Made by a program: the position numbers and the translations under genes
In this document: positions 1-10,461 of the stretch, piece after piece
Layout: every line of letters begins with the position of its first letter
Position numbering within the stretch: the first letter of the stretch is position 1
Assembly: GCA_021734025.1 (NCBI GenBank)
Contig: JAIPJS010000003.1
Location: 92,332-156,331 of the forward strand
Reading direction: 5' to 3'
Origin: Fidelibacterota bacterium
Lineage (GTDB): Bacteria > Fidelibacterota > JAANXI01
Length of the DNA stretch: 64,000 nucleotides
Notes under the pieces: model-generated
What the model was told of the DNA's origin: nothing
What the model saw: the letters and a program-made list of their open reading frames with translations, nothing else
Database searches by the model: none

Positions 1-139
1 CGCCGCGGAACTCATCTTCAAGTTGCCATCCGTTGTATGCGTCAATCGGACGGACGTCAATAATCCAGGTATCGTCTGATGAAATGAGTTGGCGCATTGC
101 TCTGGTTGATAACGTGTTGCTACCTGTATCCGGATCCAT
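1..139 (-). CDS. Partial CDS (N-terminus only; continues beyond window start): rhodanese-like domain protein
   Basis: Minus-strand ATG at 139. N-terminal translation MDPDTGSNTLSTRAMRQLISSDDTWIIDVRPIDAYNGWQLEDEFRG resembles rhodanese-domain N-termini (..IIDVR..Y..G..). Truncated by the window edge, so absent from the ORF track. Confidence 0.3.
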   Translation of the reverse strand, partial: MDPDTGSNTLSTRAMRQLISSDDTWIIDVRPIDAYNGWQLEDEFRG

Positions 140-377
140 AGAAATGAAAACCTCGTCGTGTTTATTATTAAAAGCCCGTAACTATTAAAACCATCAAAAT
201 AAAAATTTAGAGACTCCAAGGACAACATGCACTGGATAATAGTTCAGCACTTCACCCAGGTCATGCCCGTTATCACGATCCGTGGCATAATGTACCCTGA
301 GGATGACATCTCCGGCGAATTTCCTTACATTCTCTTTGACGTGAAGACCAACAATAATACTGGCCGGAGATAGACTG

Positions 378-728
378 ATGACCTACGTAATTGGCTCGCC
401 GTGCGTGGCGGTATGTGACACCTCCTGCGTGGAGGTTTGTCCGGTAGACTGCATTTATGCGCCGATTCCAATCGATGAAATACACGAAAAGCAGATAGAG
501 TCGGGAACACCGGTCGGCGAGCAAGTGGAAAAATTGCAAGGCATTCAGCTGTATATTCATCCCGATGAATGCATTGACTGTGCGGCGTGTGAGCCGGAGT
601 GCCCGGTGGATGCTATCCGTGCGGAGGGCGCGTCCCATGAAGAATACAACGTGGAGAAATATCTGCAGATAAACATTGATTTTTTCGAAGAGGGGAACGA
701 TGCATACAATTCCACGGGCAAATATTGA
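378..728 (+). CDS. fdxA: 7Fe ferredoxin (Azotobacter FdI type, [3Fe-4S][4Fe-4S])
   Basis: 116 aa. Motifs CxxCxxxCxxxCP ([17 protein letters not shown]) and [17 protein letters not shown] match Azotobacter-type FdxA. A paralog lies at 61634-61984. Confidence 0.85.
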   Translation: MTYVIGSPCVAVCDTSCVEVCPVDCIYAPIPIDEIHEKQIESGTPVGEQVEKLQGIQLYIHPDECIDCAACEPECPVDAIRAEGASHEEYNVEKYLQINIDFFEEGNDAYNSTGKY

Positions 729-885
729 GAAAATAGTGATTATGTATTTGTGTATTCCGGTATTAGTGTAACATTTTTCGTTTCCACCCCATAACAGATT
801 TGGGTATGACCAATAAGTCAGGGACGATTGTAGTTGCCCGATTTGTTTTCATAAGTGAAACCTGCTTATTAGCTTCTAGAGCCAA

Positions 886-1626
886 ATGGGGAAATTATGT
901 GATATAATGAGATTGCTACCTACCTATATTTTGTCAGTTTTACTTCTCGTAACCTGTCTCCCAGATGGGCTTCCCGGGCAAATAACTGATTACAGAGATG
1001 ATTTTCACTCCCTGGAGCACTGGAAGCATTACAAATTTCCAAATGTTGATCGGGCGACTCAATACGAGATCACCGTGATGGGTAAAGATACCGTTCTTAA
1101 GACATCCAGCGACAATTCGGCATCATTGCTGCTGCTCCGGAAAACGTTTGAGGTGGATTCTTTCCCGGTACTGGAGTGGAAGTGGAAGGTCGAAAATATC
1201 TATGAAAAAGGGGATGAAATAACTAAGGCCGGTGACGACTACGCTCTGAGAATTTATGTGAATTTTAAGTACGATCCCAGCAAGGCATCACTGTGGGAGA
1301 GGACAAAATACAGTGTGGCGAGATCTGTCTTCGGGAAATACCCGCCGCATAGTGCCCTCAGCTATATCTGGGCGAACACCGAGCACGAAAAGCGAATCCT
1401 TCCGAACCCGTTCCAGGAGAAAGCGCAAATGGTCATTACCAGAGAAGGCGAATCAGGGGTAGGCGAGTGGCATACGGAACGGGTCAACATTCTGGCTGAT
1501 TATCGGGAGGCGTTCGGGGCGAAACCACCAGACATTGCATCGCTTGCAATTATGAATGACTCCGACGGCACCGGGGAGAGTTCGGTCTCTTACCTGGATT
1601 ATATCTTGCTGGAGCCAGCGGAGTGA
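886..1626 (+). CDS. Secreted DUF3047-like protein
   Basis: 246 aa with a hydrophobic N-terminal signal-like segment (LLPTYILSVLLLVTCLP). Family assignment is from memory of DUF3047 size and motifs and is not verifiable here. Confidence 0.45.
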   Translation: MGKLCDIMRLLPTYILSVLLLVTCLPDGLPGQITDYRDDFHSLEHWKHYKFPNVDRATQYEITVMGKDTVLKTSSDNSASLLLLRKTFEVDSFPVLEWKWKVENIYEKGDEITKAGDDYALRIYVNFKYDPSKASLWERTKYSVARSVFGKYPPHSALSYIWANTEHEKRILPNPFQEKAQMVITREGESGVGEWHTERVNILADYREAFGAKPPDIASLAIMNDSDGTGESSVSYLDYILLEPAE

Positions 1627-1806
1627 GTCCGGGTGTCCCGTCATCTTAAAAACCATCCCGCCGTTATGGGGTGGATAACTAATTTTCAATGTGGGGAATT
1701 CAACGACACCCCGTTCCTGCCTGGAGGCGTGCACCGAACCCCGGCTATGATGCCAGGAGACCCATACAATTTTTAGTACTGACTTGGTGAAAGGAGGCTC
1801 CTTCTA

Positions 1807-2901
1807 ATGAAGGCAATCGCTGTTGCGCCAGGAGAAAAAAATTCCATACATCTCCGGGATATTCCAAAGCCTTCGATAAATGAAATTGCAGCCGGCTGTG
1901 GTGTATTGGTTAGGGTGTTGCGGGTCGGAGTGGACGCCACGGACAAGGAGATAAATGACGCAGAATACGGGGCGGCGCCCGAAGGGGACGACTACCTGAT
2001 CATTGGCCACGAATCGTTCGGCGTTGTCGAAGAAATCGGGGAAAACGTAGAAAGGTTCTCACCAGGTGACTATGTTGCAGCCACCGTTCGTCGTCCTGGT
2101 GATTCGCTGTACGATCGGATCGGATTATCGGATATGTCAAGTGATGAGGAATATTATGAACGAGGGATCAACCGCCTTCACGGATTTTTAGCAGAATATT
2201 TCGTGGAATCGGAGAACAATCTTGCCAAAGTGCCCGGAGCCTGCAGGGATGTCGGCGTATTGATGGAACCGACGAGTATCGTCGTGAAAGGCATCCGGCA
2301 GGCCTTCGAAATTCAGCGGAGAATGCAAATCTGGCAGCCGAAACGCGCTGCCGTAATGGGGACCGGTACACTCGGCCTGCTCGCCACTATGATACTGCGC
2401 CTCAGAGACATTGACGTGGTTGCGTTCGGGTTGGATCAGATGCCATATAAAAACGGGGAATTGGTAGAACAACTTGGTGGAAGGTATTTCAGCGTCAAAG
2501 ACAAAACGCTAGGGGAATCAAAAGAACAGTACGGGCCGTACGATCTCATCTTCGAAGCCACCGGAAACTCGGGAGTCGCGTTTGAGGCAACCGAACATCT
2601 CGGAAAGAACGGGGTCTTGATCCTCACCAGCATCACCGGCGGTGAGCGGAAAACCGAAATCCCGTCCGACAAGATTAACCTGGAATTTGTGTTGGGCAAC
2701 AAGGTGATGTTCGGCACAGTCAGTTCGAATCTGACTCATTTTCAGCTGGCCGCGAAAGACCTTTCGCACGCCGTATCTCAATTTCCGGGATGGTTGAACC
2801 AGCTGCTAACCCACCCAGTGAAAGGGCTGGAGGAGTACGAGACCATGATCCGGCTATTGGAATCCTCGAATGACGCAATCAAAATATTTGTGGAGGTCTA
2901 A
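1807..2901 (+). CDS. Zn-dependent medium-chain dehydrogenase, glucose 1-dehydrogenase-like (archaeal-type GDH)
   Basis: 364 aa. MDR-family N-terminal catalytic domain (GHESFG) and a Rossmann GTGTLG motif. Overall similarity to archaeal glucose/aldose 1-dehydrogenases. Lies directly upstream of the GH15 gene. Confidence 0.65.
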   Translation: MKAIAVAPGEKNSIHLRDIPKPSINEIAAGCGVLVRVLRVGVDATDKEINDAEYGAAPEGDDYLIIGHESFGVVEEIGENVERFSPGDYVAATVRRPGDSLYDRIGLSDMSSDEEYYERGINRLHGFLAEYFVESENNLAKVPGACRDVGVLMEPTSIVVKGIRQAFEIQRRMQIWQPKRAAVMGTGTLGLLATMILRLRDIDVVAFGLDQMPYKNGELVEQLGGRYFSVKDKTLGESKEQYGPYDLIFEATGNSGVAFEATEHLGKNGVLILTSITGGERKTEIPSDKINLEFVLGNKVMFGTVSSNLTHFQLAAKDLSHAVSQFPGWLNQLLTHPVKGLEEYETMIRLLESSNDAIKIFVEV

Positions 2902-2934
2902 TGATGGTTAACGTGAGGAAAGGATGCTATTAAA

Positions 2935-4761
2935 ATGGTGTATCAGCCCATAGAGAATTATGGCGTGATCGGGGATACCCGAACGGTTGCGCTGGTGGGA
3001 ATGAACGGTTCCATTGATTGGTTTTGCTTCCCCGACTTCGATTCACCGAGCCTGTTCGCGAAGATACTGGACGATGAGAAAGGCGGATATTTTTCTATTG
3101 CGCCCGTCCGGGACGGGGTGACTCAAAAGCAACTTTACTGGCCGGATACCAACGTACTGGTGACCCGCTTTTTATCCCCGGATGGTGTGGCCGAGATAAT
3201 CGATTTTATGCCGATTAATGAGGAGGGAGTCAGCAATCAGGCCCGGTGTATTATCCGGCGGGTGGAGTTGGTCCGTGGGAGTATGGACCTTGAAATGCGC
3301 TGTTTCCCCGCGTTCGATTATGCCAGGGATCCACACGAGATCGCCTTCTCCAGGGACGGAGCTGCGTTTCATGCATCCGATTTGAGTGTAGGGCTTGCAA
3401 GTCCGCTAGAGATTAAGCAATCCGAAAACGGGGTGGTTGCGGAATTTACGCTCCGGGAAGGACAAAAAACTAACTTCATCCTGCGGGAAATTGAGCCAGA
3501 TGCCACCTGTGGATTTGCGCTCACCAGGGAGGAGGCGGATGCTGAATTCCAGGACACGGTTAAATACTGGCGAAACTGGATTGCCCAGTCCACCTATGAA
3601 GGGCGCTGGCAGGAGATGGTGGAACGCTCTGCACTTACGCTGAAACTGCTCACCTACGAGCCAACAGGTGCGATTGTCGCCGCTCCGACTACCAGTCTGC
3701 CAGAAGCAATTGGTGGCGAGCGTAACTGGGATTATCGGTATACCTGGATTAGAGATGCGGCATTTACGCTCTATGGTTTGTTGCGGATCGGATTTACTGA
3801 GGAGGCGGCCAATTTTATGAAATATATAGAAAGCCGGAGCCACGAACTGGAACCGGACGGCACCCTGCAGATCATGTACGGCATCGACGGGCGTCACCAG
3901 CTCACGGAAGAGACACTGGATCATCTCAAAGGATACCAGGGATCAACGCCGGTCCGCATCGGGAACGGCGCTTATGATCAGCTCCAGCTGGATATTTATG
4001 GTGAGTTGATGGACTCCGTCTACCTCTATAATAAATACGGCAGTCCCATATCGTATGATCTCTGGACTCATTTGCGGAAGATGATCAACTGGATTGCGGA
4101 TAACTGGAAACAGGAAGATGAGGGAATTTGGGAGACCAGAGGTGGACGAAAACACTTCGTCTTCTCCAAACTCATGTCCTGGGTAGCGCTGGATCGCGCA
4201 CTTCGGTTGGCCAACAAAAGGTCGTTTCCAGCGGACAGGAATAAATGGGAAAAAGTCCGGGATGAAATATATGAAGACATCATGGCAAAGGGCTGGAATG
4301 AGGAGCGAAAAGCTTTTGCCCAGAGCTACGGAAGTAATTCCCTGGATGCCTCTAACCTGATCATGCCCCTGGTGTTTTTTCTTTCACCAAACGATCCCCG
4401 GATGCTGCAGACACTGGACGCCATTAACAAACCGCCGGAAAAGGGAGGATTGGTATCCAACAGCCTGGTATATCGATATAATGTGAAAGAAGTCAATGAC
4501 GGACTCCGCGGCGAAGAAGGCACGTTTAATATATGCACATTCTGGCTGGTGGAGGCACTCACCCGTGCAGGGAAAACCGACAAGGACCGACTGGAGGAGG
4601 CCCGGCTTATTTTTGAGCGTATGCTTGGCTATTCCAACCATCTCGGATTATATGCGGAAGAGACGGGACCGTGCGGGGAAGCCCTGGGAAATTTCCCTCA
4701 GGCGTTTACCCACTTGTCCTTAATCAGCGCAGCATATAACCTGGACAGAACGCTTGAATAG
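2935..4761 (+). CDS. Glycoside hydrolase family 15 (glucoamylase/trehalase-like) with N-terminal beta-domain
   Basis: 608 aa. N-terminus [37 protein letters not shown] and an (alpha/alpha)6 catalytic region ([13 protein letters not shown]) are typical of bacterial and archaeal GH15. Confidence 0.8.
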   Translation: MVYQPIENYGVIGDTRTVALVGMNGSIDWFCFPDFDSPSLFAKILDDEKGGYFSIAPVRDGVTQKQLYWPDTNVLVTRFLSPDGVAEIIDFMPINEEGVSNQARCIIRRVELVRGSMDLEMRCFPAFDYARDPHEIAFSRDGAAFHASDLSVGLASPLEIKQSENGVVAEFTLREGQKTNFILREIEPDATCGFALTREEADAEFQDTVKYWRNWIAQSTYEGRWQEMVERSALTLKLLTYEPTGAIVAAPTTSLPEAIGGERNWDYRYTWIRDAAFTLYGLLRIGFTEEAANFMKYIESRSHELEPDGTLQIMYGIDGRHQLTEETLDHLKGYQGSTPVRIGNGAYDQLQLDIYGELMDSVYLYNKYGSPISYDLWTHLRKMINWIADNWKQEDEGIWETRGGRKHFVFSKLMSWVALDRALRLANKRSFPADRNKWEKVRDEIYEDIMAKGWNEERKAFAQSYGSNSLDASNLIMPLVFFLSPNDPRMLQTLDAINKPPEKGGLVSNSLVYRYNVKEVNDGLRGEEGTFNICTFWLVEALTRAGKTDKDRLEEARLIFERMLGYSNHLGLYAEETGPCGEALGNFPQAFTHLSLISAAYNLDRTLE

Positions 4762-4806
4762 TCCGAAGATTCCGCTACCTTGTAATTGTAGTAAGTAACC
4801 GCCCGA

Positions 4807-5082
4807 TCAGCGAAGTAAGGTCGCTTTTCTCATTGCAGAGTGGAGCACGGGGGATACCGGGTCGGAAATATCAAATTGCACACTCCCTCCCAGGCCACCT
4901 GGGACAATCATCAGGTTTTCCACAATCTCCACGCCCAGCAGTTCATAATTATTGACGTCTTTAGAACTCATCGCCCGAACAATTGACAGGTTCTGTGCCA
5001 TCATATTCGAGGTACAGATCGTCAAAATCAGGGAAAAGTTGGCTATTATCACAAACTGCTGGGGAGGTGGAAACCTTTTCAT
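4807..5082 (-). CDS. Hypothetical small protein downstream of the cytochrome P460-like gene
   Basis: 91 aa ORF starting 12 nt after the P460 stop. Hydrophobic N-terminal segment. No recognisable family and a weak ribosome-binding site. Confidence 0.2.
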   Translation of the reverse strand: MKRFPPPQQFVIIANFSLILTICTSNMMAQNLSIVRAMSSKDVNNYELLGVEIVENLMIVPGGLGGSVQFDISDPVSPVLHSAMRKATLLR

Positions 5083-5094
5083 ACAGTATCATAC

Positions 5095-5643
5095 CTATTT
5101 ATCATTCGCAAAGACGTAGTCATCTCCGTCGGCCCCGGCATGGCAGGAAATACATCCCGAATCCATACCCTTGGCGACAGCACCGGCCAGTTTCATCCCC
5201 TTGGGATTGGTATCGAGCGTTCCATCCGGATTATATTTAACCCAATACCAGTCATAATTGTCGCTGTCATATCCCTTGAGACGCGCCATCACCGTGACCG
5301 GTCCCAGTTTTTCCGCATCTTTGGCCATATAGTTTTCTTTGATGATAATGGAACCGTAAGGAAATTCGTCCGTATTGCTTTTGGCCGTTTTATTCAGGTA
5401 GTACTTCAGGAATTTTCCGTGAGGACTGTTGCCCGGTTGAAATCCTTTGAGACCAGGATACTCCACCCAGGTGTCCTGATATCCCTCGATGGCAGACCAG
5501 AGCAATTTGGCCATCTGGACATCCTGCATAGTACCGAACGGCGCCTTTTTCATTTTCTCCGATTCGTGTGATTCTGATCGGGCACTGATAACAATAAAGA
5601 TTCCAACAAAAACCAGTGATAGAACAACAGCAAGTCGTTTCAT
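5095..5643 (-). CDS. Cytochrome P460 / cytochrome c'-beta family protein (periplasmic monoheme)
   Basis: 182 aa. N-terminal signal peptide (MKRLAVVLSLVFVGIFIVISA). Single CxxCH (CISCH) close to the C-terminus. Size and motif placement match the P460 family. Confidence 0.55.
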   Translation of the reverse strand: MKRLAVVLSLVFVGIFIVISARSESHESEKMKKAPFGTMQDVQMAKLLWSAIEGYQDTWVEYPGLKGFQPGNSPHGKFLKYYLNKTAKSNTDEFPYGSIIIKENYMAKDAEKLGPVTVMARLKGYDSDNYDWYWVKYNPDGTLDTNPKGMKLAGAVAKGMDSGCISCHAGADGDDYVFANDK

Positions 5644-5887
5644 GGTTTCCTCCCTGGATGAGATTCACATTTGAATTATGCATTCTAAATTATGCATTCT
5701 AATTGTAACCACGTCGCAGGTCGGGTTGTGTAATAAAGCCAACACTTATGGAGGAAATTTCCAGTATGCCCTGTGTTGAACAATTTGAAATCGGTTGGTA
5801 AGTTTACTTCAGCATGAAATTTTCAGACCAACTTCTTCGAGTAGTAACCCTGGTATTCCAATGATTTAAAAACGATCGGAGCACGCA

Positions 5888-7276
5888 ATGGCCCATGACA
5901 ACAGTAGGAGAATTTTAGTAATTGGCGGCGATGCGGCCGGAATGAGCTTCGCCAGTAAAATTAAACGTGAGCAACCGGAATGGCGAGTAACCGTGCTGGA
6001 GCGTGGCAACTATGTGTCCTATGCTGCGTGTGGGATTCCCTATTATGTATCCCGGGACGTTGAGAAACTGGAAAACTTACAGATTGTCACAGCCGACCAG
6101 TTCCGCAAAAAACGTGGGGTGGACGTCCGGATGGGGTGGGAGGCAATCTCCATTCATCGGGACGACAAATCCGTACGCGCACAGCACGTCGAATCCGGTG
6201 AGAAGGAAAATTTCCAATACGATACCCTGATGATTGCCACTGGCGCCGATCCGGTGAAGCCGCCAATCGATGGTTTGGATCTTGATGGGATTTTTTCCGT
6301 CCGGGACCTGAACGACGCCGATCGCATTCACACATTCATCGATGAGCAAAAGCCTGAAACCGCCGCGATTATCGGTGGAGGGTATATCGGCCTGGAGATG
6401 GCCGAAGCGCTCCGGTCCAGAGATCTGCAAGTATATCTGATCGAAATGCTGCCGCAGGTTTTGAATCCTATGGATAAACCGATCACGGAGAAAGTGATGG
6501 CGGAACTGGACCGGCATGAGGTCCGGACCCGGCTGAACACCAGGGTGAAGCCAATCCGGGGCGAAGGCGGAACCGTCAACACCATTGATATTGGCGAAAA
6601 TGACGAATCCCTTCCTGTCGAAATGATTATTCTGGGAACAGGTATCCGGCCCAATGCTGATCTTGCTGAACGCGCCGGTTTGGCAACCGGAGAATTCGGC
6701 GGCATAACCGTGGATGATCACCTGTTAACCGACGATCCGGATATCTACGCGGCCGGTGATTGCGTGGAGCAGCACCATCTGGTGAGTGGAAAGCCTGCAT
6801 ACGTTCCGCTGGGGCCGGCCGCGAACAAGCATGGGCGGATTGCTGCACTCCATCTCCTGGGTGAACCTGTTGCGTTTCCGGGGATAGTTGGTACAGCCGT
6901 AATGAAGGTATTTGATCTGACCGTATCCAGAACCGGATTAACGGAGTCCCAGGCTGAAGAAGCCGGATTTAACTATTTTAGCCAGACGGTGAAAAGCCGG
7001 GAACGGGCCGGTTACTACCCGGGCAGTGGAGAACTGACCATACATTTGGTGATCGAGCGCGAGTCAGGCCGATTACTCGGCGCCCAAATCGCCGGCGGAG
7101 AAACAGCTGCCAAGCGTATCGATCCGTATGCCGTGGCATTACACAATCAGATGCGAATCCAGGATATTGCGTTACTGGATTTGAGCTACGCACCACCGTA
7201 TTCCCCGGTGATAGACCCTGTCGGGCTGGCTGCTCAGGTTGCTTCAGGAAAAATGAATAAAATGCCGGGAACCTGA
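5888..7276 (+). CDS. FAD-dependent pyridine nucleotide-disulfide oxidoreductase, CoA-disulfide reductase/NADH oxidase family
   Basis: 462 aa. N-terminal FAD-binding motif (VIGGDAAG). Single active-site Cys motif (SYAACGIPYY) typical of CoADR/Nox/Npx. Second Rossmann motif IIGGGYIGLE. Confidence 0.8.
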   Translation: MAHDNSRRILVIGGDAAGMSFASKIKREQPEWRVTVLERGNYVSYAACGIPYYVSRDVEKLENLQIVTADQFRKKRGVDVRMGWEAISIHRDDKSVRAQHVESGEKENFQYDTLMIATGADPVKPPIDGLDLDGIFSVRDLNDADRIHTFIDEQKPETAAIIGGGYIGLEMAEALRSRDLQVYLIEMLPQVLNPMDKPITEKVMAELDRHEVRTRLNTRVKPIRGEGGTVNTIDIGENDESLPVEMIILGTGIRPNADLAERAGLATGEFGGITVDDHLLTDDPDIYAAGDCVEQHHLVSGKPAYVPLGPAANKHGRIAALHLLGEPVAFPGIVGTAVMKVFDLTVSRTGLTESQAEEAGFNYFSQTVKSRERAGYYPGSGELTIHLVIERESGRLLGAQIAGGETAAKRIDPYAVALHNQMRIQDIALLDLSYAPPYSPVIDPVGLAAQVASGKMNKMPGT

Positions 7277-7515
7277 AAGGGAACAGAGAATAATCAAGCG
7301 ATATGGAAAATTTGGAGCAAAGGTGTCTTTCGGAAGACCCTCATTGTACTTGTAGACATTTGAGATGAGATATGAACGAGTAAAACTGCAGAAATTTACG
7401 TATGATAAATTCCTGCTCGGTTTGTATATTCATGCGGAATGAAAAGAAACAACCCCGCACATAACAAACATATTGGTTATTATCGGGTTAACATGAAGAA
7501 TGTGGGAAGACATAT

Positions 7516-7983
7516 ATGACTCCAGAACAATTCTTGCAAATTGAAAGAACCGCCAGGCCAGATTTAGATGAGGACGGCACCGAGACTGCTGAATTATTCG
7601 ACGACACGGTCTCGAAATGGGGAAATGAGTGGCAGGAATACGGGAGTTTTCGGTTGACCACGGGAAAGCACGGTCTTGCGCTTCATTTTCAGTTACCCAC
7701 CGGGAAGCGTGAGGTGGCGATATTTTCACTTCGAGCTGAACACGAGCACGGAAATTTCAATCTGAAAGGCCCCGATGCCGATCGGGAACGCAGGAAGCTT
7801 TCAGATAGGGAGCTGGACCTCCTGGATAAAATGTACGATAACTGGCGTGCACTTCCGGATAATGAAGGACAGGGCACCAAGGCGATTACACTCGATTTTT
7901 CCAATACGTCTGAAGACGCCCTGAAAGATTACCTTGACGTCGCAATCACTACCGCCGAAAAATGGTTAAACGGACAAGAGTAA
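7516..7983 (+). CDS. Hypothetical protein
   Basis: 155 aa ORF in an intergenic-sized gap. Acidic, with no recognisable motifs. Confidence 0.45.
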   Translation: MTPEQFLQIERTARPDLDEDGTETAELFDDTVSKWGNEWQEYGSFRLTTGKHGLALHFQLPTGKREVAIFSLRAEHEHGNFNLKGPDADRERRKLSDRELDLLDKMYDNWRALPDNEGQGTKAITLDFSNTSEDALKDYLDVAITTAEKWLNGQE

Positions 7984-8065
7984 TCCTCAGGGCATTCACT
8001 GCAACAATTTGTTCAACTAAGTACCTATTACACTAGCTTTATGGATTATCCCTTGTGGTACATTT

Positions 8066-8108
8066 GAATATTCTCTACATTAATCGACATTAGAAAATGC
8101 GAATATTC
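8066..8108. promoter_or_regulatory. Candidate ArsR/SmtB operator: two copies of the perfect palindrome GAATATTC, 35 bp apart, upstream of arsR; the second overlaps a -10-like TATAAT
   Basis: tGAATATTCtc at 8066-8073 and cGAATATTCta at 8101-8108, with tataat at 8112-8117. The arsR ATG is at 8129. Confidence 0.35.
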
Positions 8109-8128
8109 TAATATAATGATATAATTCG

Positions 8129-8410
8129 ATGCAAATTGACTATCAAAAAGAGTCTGAGATTTTGAAAGCGCTGTCAAACCCAATCAGACTGAAGATTATT
8201 GACGCCATCCGGGAGCGGGAGGTTTGTGTGAGTTCGCTGGAAGAAATTACCGGCGCGAGCCAATCCTGTGTCAGTCAACATCTGTCAGTGTTGCGAAACC
8301 TGGGGATGGTGGAGACTTCACGGAATGGAAATCTGATCTGCTATTCTTTGAACAATCGACTGGCAGAGCGGATAGTCAATAGCATCTATGAAGAATATAA
8401 ATCTGATTAA
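8129..8410 (+). CDS. arsR: ArsR/SmtB family metalloregulatory transcriptional repressor
   Basis: 93 aa. HTH region LSNPIRLKIIDAI...VCVSSLEEITGASQSCVSQHLSVLRNLGMV matches the ArsR family. Confidence 0.8.
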   Translation: MQIDYQKESEILKALSNPIRLKIIDAIREREVCVSSLEEITGASQSCVSQHLSVLRNLGMVETSRNGNLICYSLNNRLAERIVNSIYEEYKSD

Positions 8411-8438
8411 TTGCAAGTAACGAAGGAGGATTTATCCT

Positions 8439-8765
8439 ATGGCTGCAAATACTGTTGAACTAACGGATGATAATTTTCAGAATGAAGTGATGGAGTCGGA
8501 CGTTCCGGTACTGGTAGACTTTTGGGCTGACTGGTGCGCACCTTGTAAGGCGATAGCCCCCGCAGTGGAAGAGATCGCAAATGAGTACCAGGGAAAAGCC
8601 AAGGTCGGTAAACTGGATGTGGATAACAACCAGCAGACCGCGATGAATTACGGTATCCGGAGCATTCCGACGTTGCTGATTTTCAAAGACGGGGAAGTGG
8701 CCGAGCAGATTGTTGGCGCCGTACCAAAGAAGCAATTGAGTTCCAAACTGGACTCGGTTATCTAA
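8439..8765 (+). CDS. trxA: Thioredoxin
   Basis: 108 aa. Canonical WCAPCK active site (WADWCAPCKAIAP) and thioredoxin-length fold. Confidence 0.9.
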   Translation: MAANTVELTDDNFQNEVMESDVPVLVDFWADWCAPCKAIAPAVEEIANEYQGKAKVGKLDVDNNQQTAMNYGIRSIPTLLIFKDGEVAEQIVGAVPKKQLSSKLDSVI

Positions 8766-8796
8766 CCGTCCAAAACTGAGAACTCCTTAAATATAT

Positions 8797-8835
8797 GCGG
8801 AGGCTCTCCAATACCGGAGAGTCTCCGCTTTTTAT
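8797..8835 (+). terminator. Rho-independent terminator after trxA
   Basis: Hairpin gcggaggctctcc-aatacc-ggagagtctccgc followed by TTTTTA. Confidence 0.6.
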
Positions 8836-8846
8836 TACGAAATCTT

Positions 8847-9524
8847 ATGGAACCGACAGCACAGAACGTTGCTTGGGTGGATGAACGTCTGGCAGAGGAA
8901 TACGGAAGACAGGAGCAAAAGTCCCGGCCAGGTCCACTTGATGACCTGATAAAGACTATTCTCTCCCAGAATACTTCCGATGTAAATAGTCGACGGGCAT
9001 ATGCATCCCTGCGGGAACGATTTGATACCTGGGAAGATGTCCGGACGGTCGAAGCAGAGGAGATTGCTGAAGCCATTCGGAGTGGAGGGCTGGCAAATCA
9101 GAAGAGCCGTCGGATTCAACGAGTATTAAACTGGTTACATGAAAATTACGACTCTCTGGATATTGAATGGATTTGCCGTGAAGATCCGTATAAGATGATT
9201 GACCTGTTTACCGGTATAAAGGGGATTGGTGTCAAGACAATCTCCATAGTGCTCTGTTTTTCCTGCCATAAGAATATTTTCCCGGTGGATACCCATGTGA
9301 ACCGTGTCTGTAGGCGACTCGGATTATCACCGAAAAATGCTACGCCAACAAAGACGTTTTGGATTATGGACGACCTGGTGCCGGACGGAGAAGCCAGGAC
9401 ATTGCATCTCAATGTAATCCGGCACGGACGAACCGTCTGCACTGCCAGGAATCCCGGGTGTGAACAATGTGTATTGCTACCACAATGCAACTATGGAAAA
9501 GTACAAATGCAGGATAAATCATAG
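8847..9524 (+). CDS. nth: Endonuclease III family DNA glycosylase (HhH-GPD, 4Fe-4S)
   Basis: 225 aa. HhH-GPD region (GIKGIGVKT...FPVDTHV) and a C-terminal Cx6Cx2Cx5C cluster (CTARNPGCEQCVLLPQC). Confidence 0.8.
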   Translation: MEPTAQNVAWVDERLAEEYGRQEQKSRPGPLDDLIKTILSQNTSDVNSRRAYASLRERFDTWEDVRTVEAEEIAEAIRSGGLANQKSRRIQRVLNWLHENYDSLDIEWICREDPYKMIDLFTGIKGIGVKTISIVLCFSCHKNIFPVDTHVNRVCRRLGLSPKNATPTKTFWIMDDLVPDGEARTLHLNVIRHGRTVCTARNPGCEQCVLLPQCNYGKVQMQDKS

Positions 9525-10262
9525 ATGACGAAAATCGCAATTTACCTGACCGGCACAACCTATCCGGAAATTCGGTATTCCTACGGCGATTTTGAGGATT
9601 GGTTCGCCAGAGGACTCACTAAATTTGGTGTTCAGACTGTTACCTGTGATGTCCGGAAGGAGGAATACCCGGCCTTGGATCAGGTTGATGGCATTGTAGT
9701 AACCGGGTCACCTGCTTCGGTCGTCACCGATCCCGAACCATGGGTAGAGCCACTGAAAAAGCATTTACGCACGGTGCTGGAGTCCGATATTCCCACACTT
9801 GGGGTCTGTTTTGGACATCAGATCCTGGCAACCGCAGCGGGAGCAAGGGTGGAGCCGCATGCTCTTACCAGAGAGATCGGCACTGTTGAGCTTTCGTTAA
9901 CCAAAGCGGGGGAAGATCATCCATTATTTCAGGATATCCCAGTACAATTCCGGGCGCAGGAAACCCACGAAGATGTGGTGACCGGTCTGCCGCCAGGTCT
10001 CGGTATTGAAATACTTGCGGAAAACCCGCATAACCCATATCAGGCGCTGGCGTATTCCAACAATGCATTCTCCGTCCAGTTTCACCCGGAAATTACCGCA
10101 GATATTATGCATGCCTACCTGCAAATCTATGGGAAGAAATTAGTTAAAACCGGGGAGCTCTCGTCAGAGGAATATGAGGAAATTAAGCAGGGCATTCGGG
10201 AAACATCCACAGGTGATACTGTCTTCAGGAATTTTTGTCGTATCGTATCTGCCCGGCTGTGA
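9525..10262 (+). CDS. Class I glutamine amidotransferase domain protein (GMP synthase-like GATase1)
   Basis: 245 aa. Catalytic Cys motif GVCFGHQ with downstream His/Glu (QFHPE). Confidence 0.75.
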   Translation: MTKIAIYLTGTTYPEIRYSYGDFEDWFARGLTKFGVQTVTCDVRKEEYPALDQVDGIVVTGSPASVVTDPEPWVEPLKKHLRTVLESDIPTLGVCFGHQILATAAGARVEPHALTREIGTVELSLTKAGEDHPLFQDIPVQFRAQETHEDVVTGLPPGLGIEILAENPHNPYQALAYSNNAFSVQFHPEITADIMHAYLQIYGKKLVKTGELSSEEYEEIKQGIRETSTGDTVFRNFCRIVSARL

Positions 10263-10461
10263 TAATTCCGGCCCCAAACTTTCTCCTGGATCACTCGTTC
10301 AACTTCCGGAAAAAATATATTTCCATGGTTCAGCACTCATCTGCATGATACAATATTCTTGATTTTATCGCTGGACACCCCTAACCTTTTCAACATAATA
10401 ATTCATCTATCTGAAAATACCTTTTCGGATAACAAGGTTCACTAACAGAATATAAGAGGTT

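Noticed and set aside
273-638. 121-aa and 61-aa minus-strand ORFs overlapping the first ferredoxin gene
   Set aside because: They are antisense to a well-supported ferredoxin CDS and have no motifs.
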